From: Candidatus Thorarchaeota archaeon | Lineage (GTDB): Archaea > Asgardarchaeota > Thorarchaeia > Thorarchaeales > Thorarchaeaceae | DNA length: 32,000 nucleotides | Assembly: GCA_008080745.1 (NCBI GenBank) | Contig: SHMX01000001.1 | Coordinates: 636,890 to 668,889, forward strand | Direction: 5' to 3' | Part shown: piece after piece, positions 9,535-18,894 of the stretch | Position numbering within the stretch: position 1 is the first letter of the stretch | Layout: each line of letters starts with the position of its first letter | Translations under genes and position numbers: made by a program | The notes under the pieces: generated by a model | Databases searched by the model: none | Seen by the model: the letters and a program-made list of their open reading frames with translations, nothing else | What the model was told of the DNA's origin: nothing

Positions 9535-11199
9535 TTACTCGATTATTTTTGTCACTGTGCCGATTGCACGGGTGTTTCCTTCCCGAAGGACAATCTTGTC
9601 TCCAACGGATATAGCCTCGGGATATGACATGAATTCTAATTGAACGGTTGCAAAGTCACCAACAGAGAGAAACTCTGCATCATGAATCTTCTTCATGATC
9701 ACGCTTTGCTGTATTGTCTGACATTGTAATACTGGAGTATAGCCAACGGATATTCTAGTAGGATGCCTTGTGACCACGATATCTGCTTCAAAGATACGAC
9801 TTGATAGATTTTCATAATCTGGATCAATTACAACTTGTCCCCGTCGGATACGAAACTTGTCAACATCCTTTATGTCAAAGCCAAACATATCTCCAGCCTT
9901 GACGGTGCCTACTCGTTTCTTAAAGACCTCAATAGATGCCACGCGTCCCTCTTGGTATTGACCCTTCTCATCAGGACCGATAAGAACGGGTTGACCCTTT
10001 TTGAAGACGCCCGAACGAACATTTCCTGTAACAACTACATTTGTTCCTGGAATCCCTCGATATACCTTGTCTACATATGAAATAGCAGGCCCTGTTACAT
10101 CCGAATTTTTCAGGTCGGTTGGCAGAGATTGAAGTAGTTTCGTGAGCAGTGTTAGGGATTCAGCGATTGTGGCGGATGCTTCAATAATTGGTACTACCAC
10201 ACCATGGCGAATCTCTTTCATAATTGGAACAATATCATCCTCAGTTTTGACACTCACTGGGATTCGACCTATCTCCTTCAGAGTCTGACGTGTAACTGTA
10301 TTTACAAACTCAAGGTCTTCAGAATTAGCTTTATCGACTTTGGAAAGAGCTATCATGAATGGAACATCACGACCGGATATTAGGATAAGATGCTCACGAG
10401 TAATATCATCCAATCTCCGCTTACCCGTCTTCATCTCGGTTGAACGGATCAGATTTGCTTCTTCTTGTATGGGGATGAGGACCAATCCGTAATCTGCGTC
10501 TCCACCAAGTATACTCCTAATCATTGTCTTAGAAAATTCCTTGTGACCGGGAGCATCGAAGAACATGAGTATCTTAGCAGAACGATCGAGTACACGGGCC
10601 CATTCAGCTTTGCTCAATGGGTTACTGAGATGAATTGGCTCTTGGTCTCTACTAAATCCCATAAAGGCCATATGTATGTCAGCAGTCTGCCCGCGGGTTA
10701 TCTCCTGAGGATGTGTTAAGAGAAACGATCTAGCTCGCCCCTGTCCATCATCTGGAACTCCAGTCACTAGAGCACCAACAAGAGTAGATTTTCCAGAGTT
10801 AACACGACCAGCCACATTGATAGAACAGGTTTCACGAACGTCTGCGTCTGCGACACGCTTCAACAAATAGATACCAACCAAACCCTTGGTGGTTTCCACA
10901 CGGGTCTCTTCGATGATTTCTACATCGGCCGCATCACATATCGTAGAAAGAACCTTTTCAGATAGTTTCAGAGCTGACTCGCTAAGTCCAAAGATTTGCC
11001 ATTCTTCTCCATTTAGATCTTCAACACCAATCAAAAAAGTACCTTCAAAGGGTCTTTCGTGTGTCATATAGCGTATTCTGGAGATTAGCTTCTCTTTTCG
11101 TTTCTTTTTAAGGTCCGCTTTTGTCAGCTTCTGTTTGAACTCGGTAGTATCATTCTCGCCAATTCTGAGAATGCTTCGGAGTTCATCAATTGTGGCCAT
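9535..11199 (-). CDS. Archaeal GTPBP1-like translational GTPase with N-terminal AlbA/Schlafen-like domain
   Basis: ENDTTEFKQKL/GTFLIGVED N-domain; GRVNSGKST, DDGQGRARSF, EITRGQTAD, DAPGH, SKVD; EF-Tu-like domains II/III. Confidence 0.9.
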   Translation of the reverse strand: MATIDELRSILRIGENDTTEFKQKLTKADLKKKRKEKLISRIRYMTHERPFEGTFLIGVEDLNGEEWQIFGLSESALKLSEKVLSTICDAADVEIIEETRVETTKGLVGIYLLKRVADADVRETCSINVAGRVNSGKSTLVGALVTGVPDDGQGRARSFLLTHPQEITRGQTADIHMAFMGFSRDQEPIHLSNPLSKAEWARVLDRSAKILMFFDAPGHKEFSKTMIRSILGGDADYGLVLIPIQEEANLIRSTEMKTGKRRLDDITREHLILISGRDVPFMIALSKVDKANSEDLEFVNTVTRQTLKEIGRIPVSVKTEDDIVPIMKEIRHGVVVPIIEASATIAESLTLLTKLLQSLPTDLKNSDVTGPAISYVDKVYRGIPGTNVVVTGNVRSGVFKKGQPVLIGPDEKGQYQEGRVASIEVFKKRVGTVKAGDMFGFDIKDVDKFRIRRGQVVIDPDYENLSSRIFEADIVVTRHPTRISVGYTPVLQCQTIQQSVIMKKIHDAEFLSVGDFATVQLEFMSYPEAISVGDKIVLREGNTRAIGTVTKIIE

Positions 11200-11279
11200 G
11201 CGTTAGTTTCCCCAAATTACATTGAGGTGATACTGACAGGATATAAATTAAGATACCTCTGCAATAAAACGACTGCATT

Positions 11280-11299
11280 TTTAGAACACGTGTTCTAAA
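11280..11299. promoter_or_regulatory. Perfect 20-bp palindrome in a divergent promoter (candidate operator)
   Basis: TTTAGAACACGTGTTCTAAA between GTPBP1 and the M20 peptidase. Confidence 0.55.
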
Positions 11300-11360
11300 T
11301 ATTTCGTCTCGGTCTAAAGATATTAAATAGGGGCAATATTATCTCCAAAACTGAAATTTC

Positions 11361-12701
11361 ATGACTTTGCTTGACGAAGCTATAAAGCTATTACAAGAAT
11401 TGGTTCAGAACTCTTGTGTGAATCCACCTGGAAATGAGATGAAATCTATCCAGTCAATTGCAAGATACCTGGATACCCATGAGATCAGATATGAAATATT
11501 CGAATCAGCACCAAATAGAGGAAATCTATTTGCAGAGATAGAAGGTTCGGAAAAGGGTCCAAGTCTAATGCTAGGACCTGGACATGTTGATGTAGTACCT
11601 GTAGAGGATCCTTCAATATGGGCTGTACCCCCTTTTTCTGGTGAGATTAAAGATGACTATATCTGGGGGAGAGGTACAGTTGACATGCTCTTTATGGTAG
11701 TAAGTCAAGTGATAGCTTTTACCCATCTGTGGAAAGAAGGATTCAGACCGAAGGGTGATGTAAAACTCCTTATCGTTGCTGATGAAGAAGCCGCTGGTAA
11801 GTATGGTACAAAATGGATGATTGAAAACTATCCAGATCGTATCAAGAGCGACTATGTCGTTTCGGAGATGGGAGGATTCAGAATGGGAGAGGGACTATTT
11901 TTGTATCAATATGGCGAGAAGGGGGGAAGCTGGTTGAGATTGACCGCAAAAGGAACTGAACAACATGGTTCAATGCCGTATCAAGCAAATAATGCAGTTG
12001 AAAAGATAGGCAATGCAATTGTGAAACTTAGCCAATATGATGCACCTGTTGATACAACATACGTGAAACTCCTAGTTGAAGGTCTCCCGATTCAAGGGGT
12101 TCAGAAAAGATTGATATCAAGTAATTTGACCGTCAATAAAGCAATCGAAATTATGGCAAAGAGCAATCTTGAACAGGCAAAATTGATACATGCACTTACA
12201 AGAATGACAATCTCTCCAAACTTGGTGTCGGGAGGCACGAAGGTAAATGTGGTAGCTGGAGAAGCACATGTCGATATCGATGTGAGAAGCCTTCCTGGGC
12301 AAGACAGAGAGTACATCCATAATTTGCTTCAAGATGCATTAGGAGACCTAGCAGAGGACATTGACATTGGACCAGTTCCAGAAGATGCTGGTTCCGAACC
12401 ATCTTATGGAAATGCAAGCGAGATTGACACACCATTGGTTACCGTCATGGGAGATGTTCTAAAGGAACTTGTTGGAAACGATGCCACCCTTGTACCACTA
12501 CTATCTCCGGGTGTTACAGATTGCAGATTTTTCAGACTGAAGTGGAATTCACAGGCGTATGGATTTTCTATATTTGATGATAGACTTCCTATGGGTGAGG
12601 TCATGGCGATGATTCATGGCCCCAATGAGCGTATATCAATTGGTTCGTTGGATCTCACACTGAGAGGTTACAAAAGAATTGTTGAGCAGTTTTGTAGCTA
12701 A
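11361..12701 (+). CDS. M20/M25/M40 family metallo-hydrolase (ArgE/DapE-like)
   Basis: GHVDVVP, WGRGTVDM, ADEEAAG, HGSMP, HGPNE. Confidence 0.92.
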   Translation: MTLLDEAIKLLQELVQNSCVNPPGNEMKSIQSIARYLDTHEIRYEIFESAPNRGNLFAEIEGSEKGPSLMLGPGHVDVVPVEDPSIWAVPPFSGEIKDDYIWGRGTVDMLFMVVSQVIAFTHLWKEGFRPKGDVKLLIVADEEAAGKYGTKWMIENYPDRIKSDYVVSEMGGFRMGEGLFLYQYGEKGGSWLRLTAKGTEQHGSMPYQANNAVEKIGNAIVKLSQYDAPVDTTYVKLLVEGLPIQGVQKRLISSNLTVNKAIEIMAKSNLEQAKLIHALTRMTISPNLVSGGTKVNVVAGEAHVDIDVRSLPGQDREYIHNLLQDALGDLAEDIDIGPVPEDAGSEPSYGNASEIDTPLVTVMGDVLKELVGNDATLVPLLSPGVTDCRFFRLKWNSQAYGFSIFDDRLPMGEVMAMIHGPNERISIGSLDLTLRGYKRIVEQFCS

Positions 12702-13243
12702 GACTCTAATGCACGTTTAATGACCTGCTTGAACTTGAGATCAAGCTGTTCTAATCCAACACCCGTTTTGGCAGAAATCAAAGCGGATTCGGTGTTGTAT
12801 TTCTCACAAAACGAGTCCATCTCAGACTCAACTTCAGAAAAATCATCTCCAAGAAGGTCAATTTTATTACCAACCAGAATAAATCTCCAACCATCTCCAC
12901 CCGTCATATCCCACCCTCCATGATCCTGTACAAGTGGAACCCAATAATTGTATAGGCTATCAAGACTAGGAAGATAGGAAGCATCGAAAAAAAGCACACC
13001 GGCTTTTGCACCATCAACCATTTGTTTTAGGGTTTCGATAAACCGTTTTTGTCCCCCAAAATCCCATACGGATAGTGTCACATTCATCCCATTAGTCAAT
13101 TCGGTTCTAATGGTATCAAATGAAACCCCTACTGTAGTTCGCAGAAGAGCAGGATCTGGAAATGTACCCTTTGTCCAACGCTCTGAAAACGAAGTTTTTC
13201 CAACCTCGGAGTCTCCAAGTATTGCTACCTTTATTATCGTCAT
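12698..13243 (-). CDS. Ras/Rab-like small GTPase
   Basis: G1 GDSEVGKTS, G2 TTVGVSF, G3 WDFGGQ, G4 NKID, G5 SAK; no CAAX tail. Confidence 0.92.
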   Translation of the reverse strand: MTIIKVAILGDSEVGKTSFSERWTKGTFPDPALLRTTVGVSFDTIRTELTNGMNVTLSVWDFGGQKRFIETLKQMVDGAKAGVLFFDASYLPSLDSLYNYWVPLVQDHGGWDMTGGDGWRFILVGNKIDLLGDDFSEVESEMDSFCEKYNTESALISAKTGVGLEQLDLKFKQVIKRALES

Positions 13244-13255
13244 TATGATACCCCT

Positions 13256-14674
13256 CTAATTATCTGATGTTGACTCCTTGGAGGATACAAATCGAAACAA
13301 CATATCTATTGTGCGTGGGGTACCAAGAATAAGTAATATGATGATTCCGATGATTGAAAATGTCAGTATGCGAATTGGAAAGAGTTCTATGAACATGGCA
13401 ACGATAGCAAAGCCAAATGATGCAAACATAAACGTCATAAAATGTACTGCTGCCTGAGGTGCACCAGCGCGAATGAGTTTTCTTGCAACTCCAAAGAAGA
13501 CAAAAAATGCAGCAAATATCAAGAAAAATAGAAGTAGGAACAGAGTATCCCACTCAAAAACAGTAATTAGCGTATCTTCGTACTGAACCAACCGGACAAA
13601 GGGGAAACCGAGAGTGAATAATACCGCAGCATAAGCTATCAATGACTCTCTTACCAAGATCTGTGCTCTTTTTGAGAATCCCACAGAGGCTGCAGCTAAA
13701 AAGAAAGTACATGCTGAAGACACACCAAGAATCCATTCGAAATAGAGTAGCCCTTCATCAAAATTTCCCAAATAGCTCAGATAGAATGAATAATTCATTG
13801 TGTGAGCAATGGAGATAATTGCAACAAATACAAGTGTGATTGAGATGTATCTCGGGGTCTTGGCTTTGCTCTCAGAGACTTGCCCGAGGAAGAAGTCTAG
13901 AGGTATGAGAATAAATGTTGTTGCAATGGTAAGTAACAGCATCGTTTGAAAAATTAGAATATTGCCATCTACAAAGGCAGGAATCATTATTCCCAATCCA
14001 ATGGTATAGGTGAAAAACAGAATACCTAGTAAAACCATATATCTCCACGGTCGGAGGAGAGACGCCAAAATAGCCGCACCAATTACAAATGGAAGTACCT
14101 GTAGGAAGAAATACTTTGGATTAAGATACAGAATGAAAATTGGAAATCCACCCAACTCTGAAACTGCAAATAGAAAACCTGCAATGATGTATGAAAATAC
14201 AAGCAATAAACCGGATACACTGAATGGGGAAAAGGATTCTTTTACCAGATAAAGAGATAGTAGTAGACTGATAATCATTAGGATTGGGAGTCCGATTGAC
14301 AAAAAGAAAGGTGGCACTGATATTGTCACACGAAGAAATGACTCGATAGTCATCAAGCCCACTATTGTAGATATCGCGCCGAGAGATATCTTCATTTTTT
14401 TACTGTCATCAATGACCAGCTGAAGGAATGAGGCGATTAAGGTGCCAAACATCAGAGAAATAGCACTCACCGCAATAACCTGGGCATGTTGAAGAAAGGT
14501 TGCTACTAAAGCTAAGAAGAACAAGGAGAGAGCAAACAACTGAAGAGAGTTGGCTGTAGCTTGGGTAATGTTTGGTAATATTTTACGAAGCCTTACAAGA
14601 TAGATGCCAAACGAGATAAACAAAAGCAATGCTGAGAAGATGGTTGAAACGGTCAAACTTAGTACAAAATCCAT
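13256..14674 (-). CDS. Uncharacterised polytopic membrane protein (~14-15 TM)
   Basis: 472-aa ORF made almost entirely of hydrophobic helices with short loops; SD GGAGG 5' of the start. Confidence 0.8.
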   Translation of the reverse strand: MDFVLSLTVSTIFSALLLFISFGIYLVRLRKILPNITQATANSLQLFALSLFFLALVATFLQHAQVIAVSAISLMFGTLIASFLQLVIDDSKKMKISLGAISTIVGLMTIESFLRVTISVPPFFLSIGLPILMIISLLLSLYLVKESFSPFSVSGLLLVFSYIIAGFLFAVSELGGFPIFILYLNPKYFFLQVLPFVIGAAILASLLRPWRYMVLLGILFFTYTIGLGIMIPAFVDGNILIFQTMLLLTIATTFILIPLDFFLGQVSESKAKTPRYISITLVFVAIISIAHTMNYSFYLSYLGNFDEGLLYFEWILGVSSACTFFLAAASVGFSKRAQILVRESLIAYAAVLFTLGFPFVRLVQYEDTLITVFEWDTLFLLLFFLIFAAFFVFFGVARKLIRAGAPQAAVHFMTFMFASFGFAIVAMFIELFPIRILTFSIIGIIILLILGTPRTIDMLFRFVSSKESTSDN

Positions 14675-14678
14675 TATG

Positions 14679-15053
14679 CTACCTCCATAAATCTCCTATT
14701 TCTTTTCCTCTGTCATGGACGACCTTTGAAAGTTTTGAGCCTAGTTCCTTTGGAGAGGCACCGGGATTATCAAGAACTGCCTGTATTGCATCGGTAGCCG
14801 CTTCCTCAGAATCCCCCTCACATATGATAACATAGTCACCCTGTTTGCAATATCCAATCACACCATCGTCTGATTTCATGAATCTCAAAGTGGGCCCGTC
14901 ATCAGAATCGGTGGACTTGACTAAAGCAGCTGAAACCAGTTGAATAATTCCCGCCAGCATAGCAACTCGTTCTTCACTCTCATCATCATGAGGATACAAA
15001 ATTGTGGAATGGAGATCATTTGGTCGCACTCTGGCAACAAGTCGGACAGTCAT
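14679..15053 (-). CDS. Putative longin-fold (longin/roadblock-like) protein
   Basis: Predicted beta-beta-alpha-beta-beta-beta-alpha-alpha order (VRLVARV, STILYP, EERVAMLAGIIQLVSAAL, LRFMKS, VIGYCK, YVIICEG, two helices); ATGA overlap with the upstream gene. Confidence 0.6.
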   Translation of the reverse strand: MTVRLVARVRPNDLHSTILYPHDDESEERVAMLAGIIQLVSAALVKSTDSDDGPTLRFMKSDDGVIGYCKQGDYVIICEGDSEEAATDAIQAVLDNPGASPKELGSKLSKVVHDRGKEIGDLWR

Positions 15054-15331
15054 TTTCTCTTACCTCCAAAAACACCCGTAACCCAATCCATTTCATCTGA
15101 TTCTTCATCATCTGAGGGAGGGTTCAACGGTACTCGAATATCGCGGACAGCTAGTGAATCATTTCTAAAATATAATGTCACAAGTAGGCTGTGATTCGTG
15201 GCGCATCGGGCAATCAATGTTGGAGACCTTCCTTCTGTTAGAATTATTTGCTTTATTCGTTCAACCTCAGTATCAGGTAAGTCAAGTATAGCCTCTGAAG
15301 AACACTCAGGGCATGTAAATGTTAGAATCAT
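15050..15331 (-). CDS. Small Zn-binding protein (CPEC...CxxxH) with acidic C-terminal tail
   Basis: FTCPEC, ARCATNH, SDDEESDEMDW; first gene of the coupled operon. Confidence 0.75.
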   Translation of the reverse strand: MILTFTCPECSSEAILDLPDTEVERIKQIILTEGRSPTLIARCATNHSLLVTLYFRNDSLAVRDIRVPLNPPSDDEESDEMDWVTGVFGGKRK

Positions 15332-15510
15332 ATATTGTCCCCAATGCCTATTTCATAGATTATCAGACGAATTAATTCACCACACACAGGAATACATATA
15401 GTAATTATTAGTGCAGAGTTGAGGATTAGCAATCACTTCAATCACACCCATACCAACTTATTTATAATTAACAATAGTTATTAGCAAGCTGGATTGATTG
15501 GTGAACTAAC

Positions 15511-16509
15511 ATGAGATATAGAAAGGTTGGAAAGAGTGGATTAAAGATAAGCGAAATTTCACTTGGTTCCTGGCTAACCTATGGTGGAACAGTGGATGAC
15601 AAGATTGCAAAGAATTGTATGAGAACAGCAATTGAACAGGGAATAAACTTCATTGATTCTGCAGAAGTTTATGCAAAGGGGCAAGCTGAAAAGGTAATAG
15701 GGGAATGGTTGAAAGAAGAAACCGTGGAAAGGAAAAAACTTGTTTTATCGAGTAAAGTTTTCTGGCCTACAAGTGACGCCATCACTGACTGGGGAAATAC
15801 CAGAAAAAACATCATGAACGCCATCCAGGGAACTCTTGAACGGTTAGGTACAGATCACATAGATATCTACTATTTACACAGGTATGACTATACTACACCG
15901 CTGAAAGAAACTGTAGAGGTGTTAGACGATCTCATCAGAGCAGGAAAAATCCACTACTGGGGTACATCCGTATGGACAGCAGCCCAACTTGAACGTGCTA
16001 ATGCGGTGGCAAAAGCTCTCAATCTTAGACCGCCCATAGTGGAACAACCAATGTATAACATGTTCTTCAGACACATTGAATACGAGATAATGCCAGTAGC
16101 AAAAACCCATGGGATGGGCTTTACTGTTTGGAGTCCATTGTATCAGGGATTGCTCACAGGGAAGTACAACGATGGTATTCCAGAGGGTTCTCGTGGAAGC
16201 CGATCCGAGTCTCTCAAAGAGAAGCTTACAGAAGAGAATCTAGAAAAACTGAGAAGACTAGGAGAGCTTGCTGATTCATTGGACATCTCAATGAGCCAGA
16301 TGGCTCTAGCATGGATTCTAAGACGACCAGAGATATCCGCTGCAATAACTGGTGCCACAAAACCTGAACACGTAATCGAAAATGCCCAGGCTTCTGATAT
16401 AACATTATCATCAACCACTCTTGAAGAGATTGAAGATATTATGGACAACGAACCAGAATGGCCAGAAACCTACGGTCCAAATATCTACCACAAAGATAAG
16501 ATGAGATAG
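15511..16509 (+). CDS. Aldo/keto reductase, Kv-beta-like family
   Basis: GKSGLKISEISLGSWLTYG, IDSAEVY, SSK, IYYLHR, EQPMYN, WSPLYQGLLTGKY. Confidence 0.93.
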   Translation: MRYRKVGKSGLKISEISLGSWLTYGGTVDDKIAKNCMRTAIEQGINFIDSAEVYAKGQAEKVIGEWLKEETVERKKLVLSSKVFWPTSDAITDWGNTRKNIMNAIQGTLERLGTDHIDIYYLHRYDYTTPLKETVEVLDDLIRAGKIHYWGTSVWTAAQLERANAVAKALNLRPPIVEQPMYNMFFRHIEYEIMPVAKTHGMGFTVWSPLYQGLLTGKYNDGIPEGSRGSRSESLKEKLTEENLEKLRRLGELADSLDISMSQMALAWILRRPEISAAITGATKPEHVIENAQASDITLSSTTLEEIEDIMDNEPEWPETYGPNIYHKDKMR

Positions 16510-16630
16510 AAACCAAATAGTAGGGATTTCAACCCCAATCACTCCAATTTGAGATGGTAATTTCATACTCTACTAGCCGGAAATCTAAATTGGAAGTAAA
16601 ACAATAGTATATGGTTGTGTAGGTGAGAAA

Positions 16631-17206
16631 GTGAATCGGGAAAAACTACGTGATATGATGTTTAAACTGGTCTTGATAGGTGATGCAGCAGTAGGTAAGA
16701 CAAGCATAAGGCGTAGGTACATGGGCACCGGATTTGTTGCTCAACACCTTGCGACGATAGGGGTAGACTTTGCGCAAAAATATGTAAATTATGAGGAGCA
16801 GACAGTGCGTTTGGTCATTTGGGACCTTGCAGGGCAAGAGGCATATGAGAGAATTAGAAGTTATTATTACCAGGGCTGCAGTGCGGTTGTCCTGGTATAT
16901 TCAGTTGTTGATAGAAGATCCTTCGATAATGCCAGTAAATGGTTGGTTGAGGCACACAAATACATTGGTGGCCTTCCACCATCATTAGTACTAGGAAACA
17001 AGATAGACCTCCGAGAACAACGGAGGAAACATGAGATAGTCACGAGGGAAGAAGGACAAGAATTTGCCCAAATATTCAGTGAAAGAATGGAAGTTCCAGT
17101 TTTATTCAGGGAAACCTCTGCATTAACAGGAGAGAATATCAACACGGCATTTCAAGAACTTACCGAATTGATGATTGAAATTTATAGAAAGAGAAAACAC
17201 GAATGA
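16631..17206 (+). CDS. Rab-like small GTPase
   Basis: GDAAVGKTS, TIGVDF, IWDLAGQE, YYQG, GNKIDL, ETSAL; SD AGGTGA before the GTG start. Confidence 0.93.
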   Translation: MNREKLRDMMFKLVLIGDAAVGKTSIRRRYMGTGFVAQHLATIGVDFAQKYVNYEEQTVRLVIWDLAGQEAYERIRSYYYQGCSAVVLVYSVVDRRSFDNASKWLVEAHKYIGGLPPSLVLGNKIDLREQRRKHEIVTREEGQEFAQIFSERMEVPVLFRETSALTGENINTAFQELTELMIEIYRKRKHE

Positions 17207-17219
17207 CAATAGAAAAATT

Positions 17220-17239
17220 CAGGAGGCTATAACCTCCTG
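17220..17239. terminator. Hairpin between convergent genes
   Basis: CAGGAGG-CTATAA-CCTCCTG with an A-run before and a T-run after. Confidence 0.55.
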
Positions 17240-17266
17240 TTTAGATATTACTTTGAAAATATAGTG

Positions 17267-18115
17267 TTATTTCATGATATCATCTATTGTGACTTTTTCC
17301 TCAGAGGATAACGATCTCATTTTGAATACGATGATTACCATTATTGCAAACCCGATATTGACAAGAAGGGTGTACACTGCAGGAATGGTAAATCCAGCAT
17401 CATATATCAGGAAGCCAACAGTATTAGTTATTGCATGATATAGTGTCACGGTAATCAGGTTCCCGTTAGTTGAATTGTATATCCAAGTGTATAGGATAGT
17501 TACAATAATTGTATGTAGGGAGAAAATGAGAAAATTGCCGTAGATCTCAATTTGCGCACTTGAGGGAATCACGAAATATTGCCAATGCCAAAGGGACCAA
17601 ACAATTCCCAGAGCCAGACTCGCAACCAAGGCATTTTGCGTCTTCTGTAAAGCAGGGAGTGCAAAGCCTCTCCAACCTATTTCTTCCCAGATATTCATCA
17701 AAAAATTGCTCAAAAGAATAGGGATGAATACTGCAAAGTTTGCATTTAGAAATTCAAAAGTTGAACCCATTAGAACCATCATACCGATGGCAGTATAAAA
17801 GGTCACAAAGGGAAGAATGATTGCCACCATAATCATTGGTCTATTAGATATCGACCGAGTGAGTCCAGAGAAGACATTTTTTGCGCCATCACTACCAAAT
17901 GCCAAAGCAGCCGTTATGACCGCGGCTATCGTAGGTGAACCGCCCCCAAGCAGGACAAACGGTGTAACCAATGTGGTGGGGAATAATCCATATTCTGATA
18001 GAACCAGTGGTAGGTATCCAATAAAACCGATTATCAGAGCCAGCAAAGAAAATACAAAGAAGGCATACTTTAGAATGAAACTATGATTAGATGATGTCGA
18101 TTCTGTATCATTCAT
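17267..18115 (-). CDS. CPBP (Abi/Rce1-like) intramembrane glutamic endopeptidase
   Basis: EEIGWRG, WSLWH, HAITN motifs; multi-TM. Confidence 0.92.
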   Translation of the reverse strand: MNDTESTSSNHSFILKYAFFVFSLLALIIGFIGYLPLVLSEYGLFPTTLVTPFVLLGGGSPTIAAVITAALAFGSDGAKNVFSGLTRSISNRPMIMVAIILPFVTFYTAIGMMVLMGSTFEFLNANFAVFIPILLSNFLMNIWEEIGWRGFALPALQKTQNALVASLALGIVWSLWHWQYFVIPSSAQIEIYGNFLIFSLHTIIVTILYTWIYNSTNGNLITVTLYHAITNTVGFLIYDAGFTIPAVYTLLVNIGFAIMVIIVFKMRSLSSEEKVTIDDIMK

Positions 18116-18171
18116 CGTGAATCTACACTCCGGAATATTCTATTGGAATTAATAAAAGTAGAGATGGATAA

Positions 18172-18894
18172 TCAAATCTTTCGGGACCTGATGCAGATGA
18201 AGCTAGGCCATTTACTTGACTCTTCATAGGTTGCAGGATCGTGAAGTTTACATATCTCAATAGGTTTTGGTTCTAGAAGTTCCTCGATATGAAAACCAGC
18301 ATCAAATAACGCACTCATCATATCGGATAATGGCCTATGAAAATATTGCATCGTGACAGGGTTGCCAAACCCCCTCCAACGATATTCCATTCGCTTTATA
18401 CTGAAGTACTCTCTTTCAGATTTTATGAATGCTTTATCAAAAGGATGTCCTGCTGAAAAAATCAGGACGCCTTTTTCTTTTAGGATTTCAGAAAACCGCC
18501 TGAATAATGTGTGCCAATCTTGAACATAATCAAGTACCAAAGGACATAATATAAGGTCAAAATAATTAGAAATCAAAAACGGTAGATTATCTTCTATATC
18601 CGCTTGAATAAAGTTTGATTGCTCACATAGTCTTTTTCGTGCCAGTCGTAGCATAGTAGGACTGATATCTAGGCTGACGACTCTAGCACCATTAGATATG
18701 AGATATTCCGCATATCTGCCCGGGCCTGAACCTATATCCAGAACCATAAGACCGTCTAGTTCGGGAAGTAAAGAGGTAACCGCAGGCCAATCAATATACG
18801 CATTGTGTGCTTTTGTATCAACTCTAGCTGCATAACTCTCAGCAATCTCTTCATAAACATCAAGAGCGATAGGACGATCATGTGAATCAGGCAT
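18172..18894 (-). CDS. Class I SAM-dependent methyltransferase
   Basis: VLDIGSGPG motif I, LDISPTML, FDLILC. Confidence 0.9.
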   Translation of the reverse strand: MPDSHDRPIALDVYEEIAESYAARVDTKAHNAYIDWPAVTSLLPELDGLMVLDIGSGPGRYAEYLISNGARVVSLDISPTMLRLARKRLCEQSNFIQADIEDNLPFLISNYFDLILCPLVLDYVQDWHTLFRRFSEILKEKGVLIFSAGHPFDKAFIKSEREYFSIKRMEYRWRGFGNPVTMQYFHRPLSDMMSALFDAGFHIEELLEPKPIEICKLHDPATYEESSKWPSFICIRSRKI

